From Eubacteriales bacterium (GTDB taxonomy: Bacteria; Bacillota; Clostridia; Oscillospirales; CAG-272), in the NCBI GenBank assembly GCA_045651165.1, contig JAZRRX010000039.1, positions 187,866-251,865 of the forward strand: a DNA stretch of 64,000 bases. Direction: 5' to 3'. The notes under the pieces are model-generated. The model was given only the letters and a program-made list of their open reading frames with translations, searched no databases and had not been told where the DNA came from. Positions 1 through 10,257 of this stretch are shown here, one piece after another; within the stretch, counting starts at the first letter, position 1, and each line of letters begins with the position of its first letter. The position numbers were made by a program, and so were the translations under genes.

Positions 1-156
1 CAATGCTTTACCACGAGCACCCGATTGACCTGCCAAAACAATAAGATGTACCTTATTCTCTTCATTTTCTGAAGGTTGTGTTGGAGTTTTTGGCTGACAA
101 CTAACAAGAGGCAACAATATCAAACAAACTAATAAAATTGCTATAAGTTTTTTCAT
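1..156 (-). CDS. N-terminal fragment of a secreted lipoprotein (runs off the window); possibly an SGNH/DUF303-type carbohydrate esterase
   Basis: ATG at 156-154 is preceded by GGAGGT (revcomp of 161-166). It translates to MKKLIAILLVCLILLPLVSCQPK... with lipobox LVSC, then VHLIVLAGQSGARGKAL, which resembles the GQSN block of sialate-O-acetylesterase-like esterases. It is absent from the ORF track because there is no stop in the window. Confidence 0.55.
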   Translation of the reverse strand, partial: MKKLIAILLVCLILLPLVSCQPKTPTQPSENEENKVHLIVLAGQSGARGKAL

Positions 157-166
157 TTTTACCTCC

Positions 167-1852
167 TTATTTGCCGAGAACTACTATTTCATTCAATGCC
201 ACGGCAATATCCGATTTCACGCAAATAACTACGTGATCTGCTTCAAATGTGTTTAAAAATTCAATAGTAAATGCACTTGATGGGAAGATGAATTCCTTAG
301 CATCATTAACATATTGGTCAAGTGAGAATTGAGGATAATGAACTGCGTTTCCATTACCAAAATCAATATAAACAATTTCAGCTAAAAGTTTCTCATAAAA
401 AGCACTGTTATAAATCGCAATTCCACCGATTTCATAAGTTCTATCAAATTTCAATTCAATATAGGAATAACCAGTTCCAAGAGAAACCTCTTTTTCTGAT
501 TCCCCTGGAAGATTGTAACAGTCAACTATATAATTATCGTTGATTGCACCCACATTAGTAACATTTTCAAACTTAACTTCGGCGCTTGGTGCAACATTAA
601 AATATCCACTCAATTCTCCAGGAAGAGGCTGAATTGAATATGTCGGTCCATTGCAGAAAGGAACTCCGTTTTTGTCAAAATAAAGATAGTCGAAAGCAAA
701 TGCACGTTTTTCGTAACTTCCGTTACCATTTCTATCCTGATGTGCGTGATATCCAATCATAATCTGGTCACCGATATTAAAGAAGCAATGGTGAGCAGTA
801 CCTGAAGCAAATCCACTCCATTTACTACTGATAGTAGCATTTCCTATATTAGTTCCGGGATATCCCAACAACAAATTAGTCCAAGTTCCACCTGATTGAT
901 AGGGCTTTTCAAAATTGCCGAGGGGAGAATCGGAAACTGCATAACAAACATTATAGAATTTATCCCAACATCCATTTACAGAGTAGGTCATATAGTACTT
1001 ACCATTTGACTTGATAAGATATGGTGCTTCAACAATAGGGTGACCATCTCTAAACATTTCCCAGCTCAATGGTTTCAAAATAGAATTGGTTGAATTCAAT
1101 GCACCCGGTACAACGAGTGAGGTGTATGTTGACCAATCCGCTTCATAGGGGCTATTCATCTTAACTCCAACTATATGCTGATTTTCATTTGTAGCAACAC
1201 TATAATACATATACATTTGGTCATCATCGTCAACGAAAATTGTGATATCCAATACACCAAATTTTACATTTTGATCCAAAAACAGTGGGTTGTTCAAGCC
1301 ATCAACACTGTCGTTTTGTAATGGTCTATATGGTCCTAAAGGATTATTGGCAACTACAACGCTATTTCTACGACGTGATGTGCCGTCGGGGTCACTCTGT
1401 CCCCTATCCATTGCACTGTAGTACATATAGTACACACCATCAAAGCAATACAATTCAGGAGCATAAATAGCAGCAGCATCCGCTTCCCAACCCTCAAAGC
1501 TTGCGGGATCGTAAATCGATGTGTGTCTTGTATAAGTAACGAAATCTTCTGTTGTAAAGCAATCTATAACGCTATTATCCCTATCATTTGTACCAACTAT
1601 GTAGTATTTGCCGTCTTCAACATATATGTGAGGATCGGCTAACGGAACATCCTTAAGATTATTTACATACCACATTGACTCATCGTATGTCAATCCTTTG
1701 CCATCGTATGTTGTAGCGTGATCAATATAATCAACACCCTCAGTCAAATTTGATTCTACATTTTCGGGATATTTGCTTTTAGTCACAACACATCCTGACA
1801 AAGTTGACAAGAGAATAACTACTATCATTAAGACAGATATTTTTTTGCTCAT
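167..1852 (-). CDS. Glycoside hydrolase family 43 lipoprotein (arabinanase/arabinofuranosidase/xylosidase type) with a C-terminal beta-sandwich domain
   Basis: Signal peptide plus lipobox (LSTLSGC). GH43 blocks are present: PLADPHIYVEDGKYYIVGT, IYAPELYCFDGVYYMYYSA and VEAPYLIKSNGKYYMTYS. Confidence 0.85.
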   Translation of the reverse strand: MSKKISVLMIVVILLSTLSGCVVTKSKYPENVESNLTEGVDYIDHATTYDGKGLTYDESMWYVNNLKDVPLADPHIYVEDGKYYIVGTNDRDNSVIDCFTTEDFVTYTRHTSIYDPASFEGWEADAAAIYAPELYCFDGVYYMYYSAMDRGQSDPDGTSRRRNSVVVANNPLGPYRPLQNDSVDGLNNPLFLDQNVKFGVLDITIFVDDDDQMYMYYSVATNENQHIVGVKMNSPYEADWSTYTSLVVPGALNSTNSILKPLSWEMFRDGHPIVEAPYLIKSNGKYYMTYSVNGCWDKFYNVCYAVSDSPLGNFEKPYQSGGTWTNLLLGYPGTNIGNATISSKWSGFASGTAHHCFFNIGDQIMIGYHAHQDRNGNGSYEKRAFAFDYLYFDKNGVPFCNGPTYSIQPLPGELSGYFNVAPSAEVKFENVTNVGAINDNYIVDCYNLPGESEKEVSLGTGYSYIELKFDRTYEIGGIAIYNSAFYEKLLAEIVYIDFGNGNAVHYPQFSLDQYVNDAKEFIFPSSAFTIEFLNTFEADHVVICVKSDIAVALNEIVVLGK

Positions 1853-1880
1853 AATAAAACCTCCAAATCTATCATAAATC

Positions 1881-3959
1881 TCAAATTCTATCTCCGCAAC
1901 TATCGTCGAAAATCAAAATTTTATCTTTATTAAATGCCAATTCAACATCAGTATGAGGTTTGATCAATACATTAGTTGAAATCTTTGCTACAATATTTGC
2001 ATCTGCAAATTCAGAGTGAATCAAAAGCTCACTACCAAGCAATTCAACTATATTTGAATTAACAACGAATTTTTCTGTTTTGTTCCCTACAAATTCCGAA
2101 TCCAAAACAATATCTTCAGGTCTAACACCCACTCTTATGGGGTGCTTACCTTTCAATGCATTTTCGCATTTAGCCAAAAGATTTTGAGCAACCTCATAAA
2201 GATTGTTAACAAATTCAATATCGGTTGAGTTCAAATTAACACTAACTTTAGGAGCCTTCTTGTTTTTCTTTGGCTTTTGATAATACAAGGTATCGTCAAC
2301 AACAATTTCTTCTTTGCTAAATACCTGTGCATTATGTAACATTCCAATATCGGAAGAAGGAATCTTTTCAAATGTCAACAATGGTGCTCTAAACTTAAGA
2401 AGCCACTTCTTATCAACTTTTGTAAATTGTCCTTTATTTTCTTTTTTAAATGTGTTGAGTAAGTCTTTGATTTCTTTTCCACACTCAATATCTTGAACTA
2501 TTTCAAGAACTTCATCGATGGTTTTACTCAAAATTCCCACATTAACTTCACCATCGTGATTATAGAGAACCTTATCAAGAACCTTCAATGCATGCATTTT
2601 CTTAAAATCATCAGTAGCGAGCATTCTCTTGAGTTCATTGATTTTTGCTTCATAATAAGCATTATGACGCGCAACATAGTCCTCAGTTAAACCAATATCA
2701 TATCCATTTGAAAAAACGAGCTTTCCATTATCGTATTCCGCATCAAAAATATTCATTGCAGGTGAACCGATAAAGGTTGCAACGAAAATATTCTTAGGAT
2801 TACAGTAAATTTCTTGAGGAGTACCAATCTGTTGAACCCAACCCTTACTCATAACCACAATTTTTGTTGCCATTGTCATAGCTTCAGTTTGGTCGTGAGT
2901 AACGTAAATTGTTGTTGCACCAATCTGCTCGTGAATTCTAACGATTTCACTACGCATTTGAACTCTAAGCTTCGCATCAAGGTTTGACAAGGGCTCGTCC
3001 ATCAAAAACAATTTAGCATTTCTTACAATAGCACGTCCCAATGCAACACGTTGCATCTGTCCGCCTGACAATTCCTTGGGTCTTCTATCAAGATAAGGAC
3101 CAAGATCCAAGATTTCTGCCGCTTCAAATACTCTTGCACGAATTTCTTCCTTGCTCATCTTTACGCTGTGATATTGAATTTCGCCATTTTTCAAGAGACG
3201 GTATTCATCATCAATATCGTATTTTTTAGCGGTAAGCTTTTTAGTTTCTTTTTCTATTTTTTCTTTTCCAGTATTTTTAATATGCTCGTACAACGAAACG
3301 CCCTTAACATCTCTACGCAAATCCACGATGTAATTAATATCGTACTTGCAAAGTATATTAGCAGCTTCATCGCATATCTTCATTCTTGTTGCAACATATT
3401 CAACTACTGTGCCATAGTTCAATGATTTGTTTTTAGCTCCCTTTATTGCCTCAACAAATTCATGCATTCTATTATCAATAACGTCCAAAACCTGATTCCA
3501 AGCTTTAATAACAGTTGCTTCCATGGGGCGTTTAAATTTACGAGCCCTAAGAGGAAATGCAATATTATCAAATACTGTCATTTGAGGATATAAAGCATAA
3601 TTTTGGAAAACCATTGAAATATCGCGGTCTTTACTGCTTGTATAATTTGACAAAACCTTGTCTATATACAAATAACCGCTAGTAATATCCTCAAGTCCTG
3701 CGACCATACGCAAGGTTGTTGATTTACCACATCCGGAGGGACCAACCAAAACAATGAAATCGTTTTCAGATATATCGATATTAAAATCGTATACGGCTTG
3801 AACTCCGTTGGGATAAATTTTATTAATATCCTTCAAGGATACAAAAGCATCAATTTCACTATTAGCTATTTTGTATCCACTTTTTTTCAATATTTTGCCT
3901 GCTTTACGGGATGCTACCACCATACTACCATTAGCAGGAGTATTATCTCTATTAACCAT
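1881..3959 (-). CDS. MalK/MsmK-type sugar ABC transporter ATP-binding protein, atypically long (692 aa) with two large insertions
   Basis: Walker A GPSGCGKST, Q-loop MVFQNYALYP, signature LSGGQMQR, Walker B LFLMDEPLSNLDA and H-loop YVTHDQ are all present. RBS AAGGAG lies 8 nt upstream of the ATG at 3959. Extra segments are about aa 146-267 and 430-605, judged against the two canonical paralogs in this window. Confidence 0.9.
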   Translation of the reverse strand: MVNRDNTPANGSMVVASRKAGKILKKSGYKIANSEIDAFVSLKDINKIYPNGVQAVYDFNIDISENDFIVLVGPSGCGKSTTLRMVAGLEDITSGYLYIDKVLSNYTSSKDRDISMVFQNYALYPQMTVFDNIAFPLRARKFKRPMEATVIKAWNQVLDVIDNRMHEFVEAIKGAKNKSLNYGTVVEYVATRMKICDEAANILCKYDINYIVDLRRDVKGVSLYEHIKNTGKEKIEKETKKLTAKKYDIDDEYRLLKNGEIQYHSVKMSKEEIRARVFEAAEILDLGPYLDRRPKELSGGQMQRVALGRAIVRNAKLFLMDEPLSNLDAKLRVQMRSEIVRIHEQIGATTIYVTHDQTEAMTMATKIVVMSKGWVQQIGTPQEIYCNPKNIFVATFIGSPAMNIFDAEYDNGKLVFSNGYDIGLTEDYVARHNAYYEAKINELKRMLATDDFKKMHALKVLDKVLYNHDGEVNVGILSKTIDEVLEIVQDIECGKEIKDLLNTFKKENKGQFTKVDKKWLLKFRAPLLTFEKIPSSDIGMLHNAQVFSKEEIVVDDTLYYQKPKKNKKAPKVSVNLNSTDIEFVNNLYEVAQNLLAKCENALKGKHPIRVGVRPEDIVLDSEFVGNKTEKFVVNSNIVELLGSELLIHSEFADANIVAKISTNVLIKPHTDVELAFNKDKILIFDDSCGDRI

Positions 3960-3971
3960 TTATTCCACTCC

Positions 3972-4922
3972 TTATCCTTTAATTCCACTGCTCGACATAC
4001 CCTCAATAATCTTATCTTGGGCAATAATGTACATCACAAGTACGGGCAATAAGCAAATCACACCACCTGCCAAAGCAGTACCGATGAGATTACTTGTTTT
4101 AGAGTTGTTTATAATGTACGCCATACCAACCTGTAATGTCCACAAGTTAGTATCCTTTGCTCCGTATAACATCTGAGGCCAAATCAAATCGTTCCAACCG
4201 CCCATAAATCCAAACAATCCTTGAACAAATAGAACGGTTTTGCCAAGTGGCAATACAATTTTATAGAAAGTTTTAAAATTACTGTAGCCATCCATTTTAG
4301 CTGATTCAATAAGATCCTTAGGAATCGACTCGAAGAATGTTTTTATAAGATACATTCCATAAACACCGCCAAGTCCCGGAATAATAAGGGCTAAAAGAGA
4401 TCTATTAAGCCCCATAGAGTAGACCATTGACTGATTACCAACCGCAGTAGCAGCACCCGGAATAATCATTGAGGCAATTATACCTGCAAACAATACGTTG
4501 CGGTATTTAAAATCTATAAATGTGAACGCGTATGCCGCAAGGGATGCTACAAACAAATACAATACTGTTCCACCTATCGCGGAAAAGCAGCTGTTTAAAA
4601 ACCAAGTTCCGATTTTGTAATCCTGAACTGTATTTGCTTGTCCAATACCCTCGGGTAATTTTCCTAAAAGGAGCATTTCATAGTTTTCTAAGGTATATCC
4701 GCTATGAGGATAGAATAATTCCTTTGGATAAAGCATTGTGTCGGTATATCCTCTAAGCGAACCGAAGAACATAATAACAAACGGTGATAACCAAACTATG
4801 CAAAATATCAACAAAAATACAAAGGATATTACCTTGCCAATATTAACTTTTTTCTTTTCTCCAAATTCTTTCTTTTTACGAAAGCCTATGTATTGTTCTA
4901 AAGTTATCTGATTTCGTGCCAT
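3972..4922 (-). CDS. Carbohydrate ABC transporter permease (MalG-like)
   Basis: Polytopic membrane protein with an EAA-like loop (IESAKMDGYSNFKTFYKIVLPL). It overlaps the upstream permease gene by 19 nt. Confidence 0.9.
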   Translation of the reverse strand: MARNQITLEQYIGFRKKKEFGEKKKVNIGKVISFVFLLIFCIVWLSPFVIMFFGSLRGYTDTMLYPKELFYPHSGYTLENYEMLLLGKLPEGIGQANTVQDYKIGTWFLNSCFSAIGGTVLYLFVASLAAYAFTFIDFKYRNVLFAGIIASMIIPGAATAVGNQSMVYSMGLNRSLLALIIPGLGGVYGMYLIKTFFESIPKDLIESAKMDGYSNFKTFYKIVLPLGKTVLFVQGLFGFMGGWNDLIWPQMLYGAKDTNLWTLQVGMAYIINNSKTSNLIGTALAGGVICLLPVLVMYIIAQDKIIEGMSSSGIKG

Positions 4923-5971
4923 TTGTTATATGCCTCCGAAATTTTAGTTCCTGTTTTCTTTTCGCGAGTGATATACATCTGAATACCGGATATAATTCCC
5001 GCAAAAAGTGCGAATACCAAGCTTGCCGCAGCGCCCAGTCCATAAAGACTAGACTTAAACTGCAAATTATTCGCAACCAAATCTTGTATAAAATACATTA
5101 ATGTAGAAGTTTTACCGCCGGCGGGCATACTTGCAATTGCCGCAATTGAGGGTCCACCGCTTGACAAAACATAGTTTTGACCGTAAAGTCCAAGATAACC
5201 CAAAATCGTTGTGAACAAGCATAAAACGAGTTGGGGCTTAATTCCCGGAACGGTAACGTTTAAAATTTTTCTCCAAGTTGAGCAACCGTCTATGTCGGCA
5301 GCTTCATAAAGATGCTTTGGAACGTTTTGAAGTCCCGCGCTCAAAATAATGAAGTTACCTCCCCAACCTCCCCACAAACACATAAGGAAGATGGGAATCC
5401 ATGCGTATGCAATTTCAACAGTTTGCCCAAACAAATCAAATGAAAACCACGTATCTATAAACCACATGGTTTCAATACCAAAAAACTCTGCAAGCACACC
5501 GTGTTGAGATTTCGACATAAATAACAAGGTAAAAATAGTACCTGCAGCAGTAAGAGGTACGATTGACGGCATATAGATAAGTGCTCTGAACAATTTGAAG
5601 CCGGGTGGCTTCATATTAACTAATATTGCTAAGCCTAAAGGCAATAGAATTGCAATTGGAACCATTATCACCGAAAACATTATGGTATGTACAAAAGAAA
5701 GCCAAAAGCTATTGTAGATACCGGGCATAAACGATTTATCAAAAATCATTTTGAACCACATAAAATTGTTAAATTCTTCAATGCCCGGTTTACCATATTG
5801 AAAGTTTGTAAGTGAAATGTAAATTCCATAAAATAGCGGCAATACAAAGAAAGTTATGAATGCCGCTATATACGGTAACAAGAATATGGCAGTTACACCA
5901 TATTTTTTTAACAATCCTACTCGTCTAGATCTCTGCTTAGCATACTCTTCTAAAACGATAGTTTTTGTCAT
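4904..5971 (-). CDS. Carbohydrate ABC transporter permease (MalF-like)
   Basis: Six or more TM segments and the EAA loop YEAADIDGCSTWRKILNVTVP. Confidence 0.9.
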   Translation of the reverse strand: MTKTIVLEEYAKQRSRRVGLLKKYGVTAIFLLPYIAAFITFFVLPLFYGIYISLTNFQYGKPGIEEFNNFMWFKMIFDKSFMPGIYNSFWLSFVHTIMFSVIMVPIAILLPLGLAILVNMKPPGFKLFRALIYMPSIVPLTAAGTIFTLLFMSKSQHGVLAEFFGIETMWFIDTWFSFDLFGQTVEIAYAWIPIFLMCLWGGWGGNFIILSAGLQNVPKHLYEAADIDGCSTWRKILNVTVPGIKPQLVLCLFTTILGYLGLYGQNYVLSSGGPSIAAIASMPAGGKTSTLMYFIQDLVANNLQFKSSLYGLGAAASLVFALFAGIISGIQMYITREKKTGTKISEAYNKWHEIR

Positions 5972-5988
5972 AAATTCATTCCTAAAAT

Positions 5989-7629
5989 TTATTTAAATCC
6001 TAATTTTAACAAGTTAAGTGCTTCTTGAGTGGATGTAGCAGTAGCATACAATTTTTGAAGCGCTATCTCTACTGTACAACCATCAGCAGACAAAAGCTGT
6101 GCCTGAACATCACCAACTGCAGTAGTCAAACCGCTAATCAATGTTGTGGCATACTTTGTACTTTCAAGAGTGATAATGTTTGCAGGATCACCCATTGCAG
6201 TCAATGTAATGCTATTTTTAGCTGCAGTTTTATATGAGCTGGATTCATATACGTTCTGCCAAGCAGGAAGGTGACCTGCCTTACACCATTCTGTAAGGTT
6301 GTAGTTACCATTATCGTCCTGACCCTGAGTGAGCCATTCAGCAAATATCAATGCAGCAGCAACCTTCTGCATACTTGTTACCTTTTGAGTAACTGTAACA
6401 ACGTGACCGTTACCATACCACTTAGAAGCTGTATCGGCAGGAGCATCCTCAGTAGCCATATAGTAAGGACGAGCTACTGCATAAGGATTTGTATATATGG
6501 GATCTGCCGCATCTTCAGCAGTAACACCAAGTTTACCTGCAGTTGAGAGCTGCTTATTGTTCCACCAAAGGTCATAGGTATTAGCAACCATCCAAGGTCC
6601 TTCAGAGAACATAACAATCTGTCCTGTGGGGAAAGCAGCTTCCTTATTACCTGCGTCACCGTATAAACCTGAGTTATAACGTTCAACTATATCAGTAATG
6701 TACTGAACAAGACCTGAGTTGTTTTGGAAAGTAACGTTACCACTTGCATCAAGGAGAGAACCTCCATTTACATACAAAGCAGTCAAGTTGTCACTTTCTT
6801 GTGAATGGAAGAAAGCGGGATAGAAGGGTGTGTCTTTTGTTCCTACTACCAAGCTTTGATCCTTCATGTTGGGATTACCATTTTTCAACTGATACCAAGA
6901 GTGATCTTGATCAAGGTTGATATTTCTTACCCAAAGCTCACCGGAGTCTGCAAGTCTTCTCAAACCTTCAAGCAATGTCTGATATTCCTCATAGGATTCA
7001 GGAATAAAGCGTGTATTGTTATCAAATCCAAGACCGTTCTTCTTAATGATATCCTGTCTAATCTGTGTCAAATATCCGTGAGCATCAACGGGAACACCGT
7101 AGTGATTGCCCTCGTGAATTGTTGTTTTTTCTATATTATCGTAAGCATTTGCAAAATCAATGCTAACACCTGTCTTTGTAATCAACTCATCAAGGGGATA
7201 GAAATAACCCTTAAGAGCATATTCAATATTCTTTTCATTGTGCATCAAGCAAATGTCGGGGAAATTTGCATAGTCATTTGCATATGTACTGTCAAGTGCA
7301 TTATAGTAGTCATAGTGGCCAACGCTTGTAACCTTGATTTCAATCATGCCAGCAAATTCTTTGTTGAATTCTTTAACAAGATCCAACAAAATTTCCTGGT
7401 CTGGTTGACCAATAACACTCCACAAGTTAAGCTGAACGTTTTCAAGAAGAGAAACGTCAAATTTACCGTCATCGCCTAAAGGAAGGTCATCAACGATATT
7501 ATCAAGAGGATTTGTGGAGGTTTTCTCTTTTTCTCCACCGCCACAACCAACTAAAACAACCATTAAAGTTGTGCTCATCAATGCAAGAATCATCAACAAG
7601 CTTAAAGTTTTTAATACATTCTTTTTCAT
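5989..7629 (-). CDS. Extracellular solute-binding lipoprotein of a sugar ABC importer
   Basis: Signal peptide plus lipobox (LVGCGGG). Size and composition fit family-1 sugar-binding proteins. It sits immediately upstream of two permeases. Confidence 0.85.
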   Translation of the reverse strand: MKKNVLKTLSLLMILALMSTTLMVVLVGCGGGEKEKTSTNPLDNIVDDLPLGDDGKFDVSLLENVQLNLWSVIGQPDQEILLDLVKEFNKEFAGMIEIKVTSVGHYDYYNALDSTYANDYANFPDICLMHNEKNIEYALKGYFYPLDELITKTGVSIDFANAYDNIEKTTIHEGNHYGVPVDAHGYLTQIRQDIIKKNGLGFDNNTRFIPESYEEYQTLLEGLRRLADSGELWVRNINLDQDHSWYQLKNGNPNMKDQSLVVGTKDTPFYPAFFHSQESDNLTALYVNGGSLLDASGNVTFQNNSGLVQYITDIVERYNSGLYGDAGNKEAAFPTGQIVMFSEGPWMVANTYDLWWNNKQLSTAGKLGVTAEDAADPIYTNPYAVARPYYMATEDAPADTASKWYGNGHVVTVTQKVTSMQKVAAALIFAEWLTQGQDDNGNYNLTEWCKAGHLPAWQNVYESSSYKTAAKNSITLTAMGDPANIITLESTKYATTLISGLTTAVGDVQAQLLSADGCTVEIALQKLYATATSTQEALNLLKLGFK

Positions 7630-7659
7630 AAGAACTTTCCTTTCTATTTTTATGATTTG

Positions 7660-8859
7660 TCAATCACGTTCGCCTTCATCAAGATAATGAACGTCAACCA
7701 CTACGTCATTGAAAATCAAATTAAACAAATTCTGCCTTTTGTAAGTGAACAAACTAAAGGCATTTGCTATTCCGCCGATAATTACTATTGACAAAATAAC
7801 AATAGCCAACGAAATATTGCAATCAGTACTTACAGGCATAAACATTGCTTCATATCCCCCGTTAAATGGTGGAAAAAGATATAAAATGAATGAAACAGGA
7901 ATAAATCCAAAGCAACTAACAACAGTTTTCAAAAGTGGCACATACCAAGCATTTGCCCTGCCGTCAGTTCTAATTACTCCCAAACCAAATAATTTATAAC
8001 CGAGTGTTTTTTCGTCCTTAAACAAATATTTCGGAATAAGCAAAACTATAAAGCAAGCTATAAATATCGACACCACTAAAGCAATATTAGTTAATCTTGC
8101 TTCGGAACAATATGCATTTTTATAATCTGCATAATGAGTTGAGAAATATGGCTCACTCTTAATAATTTGAGTTTCTGCCTCTTCAAGCATATTGGCATAC
8201 GCATTGTAGTATGAACGATAATAAGTCGCACCGGTTTGTCCAATACTGTCAGAAGAATCAATAAACAAATAGTGGAACAAATAGTATGCCACCTGCGTAT
8301 TTAAAACCGGTATTTCACTAAGTTCCCTGTTAAATGAAAACATAAACGTTGCATCATCACCAAACGCCAATTTGTATATTTCAAAAACGTCCTTTTTTGA
8401 TTCAACGGATATATTCGAATTGGTTTTTAAATACCTTGTGTAAAAGTATGCTATATTGTCGTTTTCAGCCGAGTGTACACCATTTATCATTACATCATGA
8501 CTTGAATCCATCACAAAATCGGGCTGCTGATTATTTCCAAAAATCTCATATGATAAGCAAATAGCTCTATAGAGATTTTTCAAAACAACTACCTCAGTTG
8601 ACACTCTTTCACCATCAACATATTCAACAATGTGAGTTTCTTTTGTAAATTGCTCATAATAAGCAATCTCATCCTCAACAATTTGGTTATATGCTTTGTA
8701 TGCCGATGTATTTTGCGTGATATAAAACAATCCCGAAAAAATAGCACCGGCAATCAAAGCAACCAATATGAAGTCTATCGCAAAGCAAACAAAGCGTTTA
8801 CTTAGCTTTGCAGGCGACGATCTTTTTAAAATTTCAATATTGGATTCAAAAAGCTTCAC
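7660..8859 (-). CDS. RDD-family-like membrane protein with a large central non-membrane insertion
   Basis: The N-terminal TM region carries KRFVCFAIDFILVALIAG. The C-terminal TM bundle carries GYKLFGLGVIRTDG, an RDD-like motif. About 220 aa of soluble sequence separates them. Confidence 0.5.
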   Translation of the reverse strand: MKLFESNIEILKRSSPAKLSKRFVCFAIDFILVALIAGAIFSGLFYITQNTSAYKAYNQIVEDEIAYYEQFTKETHIVEYVDGERVSTEVVVLKNLYRAICLSYEIFGNNQQPDFVMDSSHDVMINGVHSAENDNIAYFYTRYLKTNSNISVESKKDVFEIYKLAFGDDATFMFSFNRELSEIPVLNTQVAYYLFHYLFIDSSDSIGQTGATYYRSYYNAYANMLEEAETQIIKSEPYFSTHYADYKNAYCSEARLTNIALVVSIFIACFIVLLIPKYLFKDEKTLGYKLFGLGVIRTDGRANAWYVPLLKTVVSCFGFIPVSFILYLFPPFNGGYEAMFMPVSTDCNISLAIVILSIVIIGGIANAFSLFTYKRQNLFNLIFNDVVVDVHYLDEGERD

Positions 8860-8861
8860 TG

Positions 8862-9962
8862 TTAGTCGTTTTCGTCATCCAAGAAAGTGCAATAAACAGG
8901 CTCTGCGGGAATCTTCTTAGCCACTTCAGTTTCATCTGCAGTTGCAGAATAGTTAGAGAATGTAGCATCGCAGCTGAAATGGTAGAAGGCAACATTACTT
9001 GCCACAGGCTGTCCGTTTTCATAAAGAACATCCAACTCAGCGCTAAGCTGGAATGATCCCATATAGGTATCATTTACGTAAACGTGGAAGTTTGCACCGT
9101 CACGAGCAACTCCAAGTTTAAACTTTGTTTCGTAAGTGATTGTGTTTTCGCCTGTATTCCAAGCGTAATCGTGATGTCTTGCCAAGGAGTCTGTAATACC
9201 ATCTTCCCAAGCCCAGTGTCCGCCCTGAGCAACTTCACAAACACCAAATTCGTTCCAATTATTATTATCTTCAGCTCTTACGACATGACCATTTTCGTCA
9301 TAATAGTCACCCAAACCGATAGAAGCGTTCAAGTAGAATGCAACCATAGTTTCAATGCCTTGAGAATTTTCGTTCTGAGCAACGATACCAATCTTAGGCC
9401 ATCTGTCATCCCAGTTTACAGAGTGAACTGTAATTTCAGTTTCAACATACCACTTAGTAGAGTAGATATCAGCAATGTAGTAGAAGTTGGTAATACCGGA
9501 GCTTGTTCTGAATGAACCTGTTCCTGTAGCTTCATCCCATTCATTTGTGAAATCATCTTCAGAAGGAATCATAGACATTTCTCTATCGATAAACACCTTG
9601 CCAACAACAACTTCAAAAGAGCAAGTCTTTGTGTTGTCAACATTAGAAGTAACTGTAATTGTTACGGCACCGGAAGCAAGCGCTTCTGCTCTCTTTCCAT
9701 TGATTTTAACAATCTCAGGGTTGCTTGATTCGTATGTACAAGCCTTTTGTGCAGCACTCAAAGCTGAATTGCCCTTGATTTCATAAAAATTAGTCAACAA
9801 AAGATCTTCACCAATCTTCAATGTTGTTGATTTTTCTTTCGCAGTCAATGACGCGATGGGGCTTGAGGGTTCAGTTTCACCACAAGCGGTTACAACCAAA
9901 CACAACATACAAGACAAAAGAACTAACGCCACCGTAGTAATTATTTTTTTCATAATAATCAC
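8862..9962 (-). CDS. Surface lipoprotein with a Big_2-like Ig domain and a C-terminal beta-sandwich (possible carbohydrate-binding) domain
   Basis: Lipobox VVTACGE. A Big_2-like block is present (ESSNPEIVKINGKRAEALASGAVTITVTS). The start is either GTG at 9962 or ATG at 9953. It is the first gene of the minus-strand operon. Confidence 0.65.
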   Translation of the reverse strand: MIIMKKIITTVALVLLSCMLCLVVTACGETEPSSPIASLTAKEKSTTLKIGEDLLLTNFYEIKGNSALSAAQKACTYESSNPEIVKINGKRAEALASGAVTITVTSNVDNTKTCSFEVVVGKVFIDREMSMIPSEDDFTNEWDEATGTGSFRTSSGITNFYYIADIYSTKWYVETEITVHSVNWDDRWPKIGIVAQNENSQGIETMVAFYLNASIGLGDYYDENGHVVRAEDNNNWNEFGVCEVAQGGHWAWEDGITDSLARHHDYAWNTGENTITYETKFKLGVARDGANFHVYVNDTYMGSFQLSAELDVLYENGQPVASNVAFYHFSCDATFSNYSATADETEVAKKIPAEPVYCTFLDDEND

Positions 9963-10196
9963 TTTTCGATAATCAGTTGTACCTCTGATTACCTATTCTC
10001 CTTTTTATTATTTTTCACCGTGAGTACAACACAGTATTTGTCAAATACATTCTATCATATAATAAGGAAACAAAAAACCTCTTCAATTACACACTTGGGT
10101 GTAAAATATTCTCATCTTTACCTCTTTTTCTCTAATTTATCCAATAATTGCTCATTATATTTGTGCATTATATACAAAAATTGGCATTTTCGCGCG

Positions 10197-10225
10197 TTGA
10201 CAAAGATTTTGAAATATGCTAATAT
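10197..10225 (+). promoter_or_regulatory. Sigma-A-type promoter for the AraC-family gene
   Basis: TTGACA (10197-10202), a 17-nt spacer, then TAATAT (10220-10225). RBS AAAGGAGGG lies before the ATG at 10258. Confidence 0.5.
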
Positions 10226-10257
10226 ATAAATAAATAATCGCGAAAGGAGGGCAAAGT

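Noticed and set aside
6805-7479. Long antisense ORFs, such as 6805-7479, 17490-18134, 36074-36721, 41381-41983, 50887-51585, 53847-54401 and 56031-56627.
   Set aside because: Each lies wholly within, and opposite to, a gene with strong family motifs. The translations are Cys/Ile/Phe-rich nonsense with no start signals.
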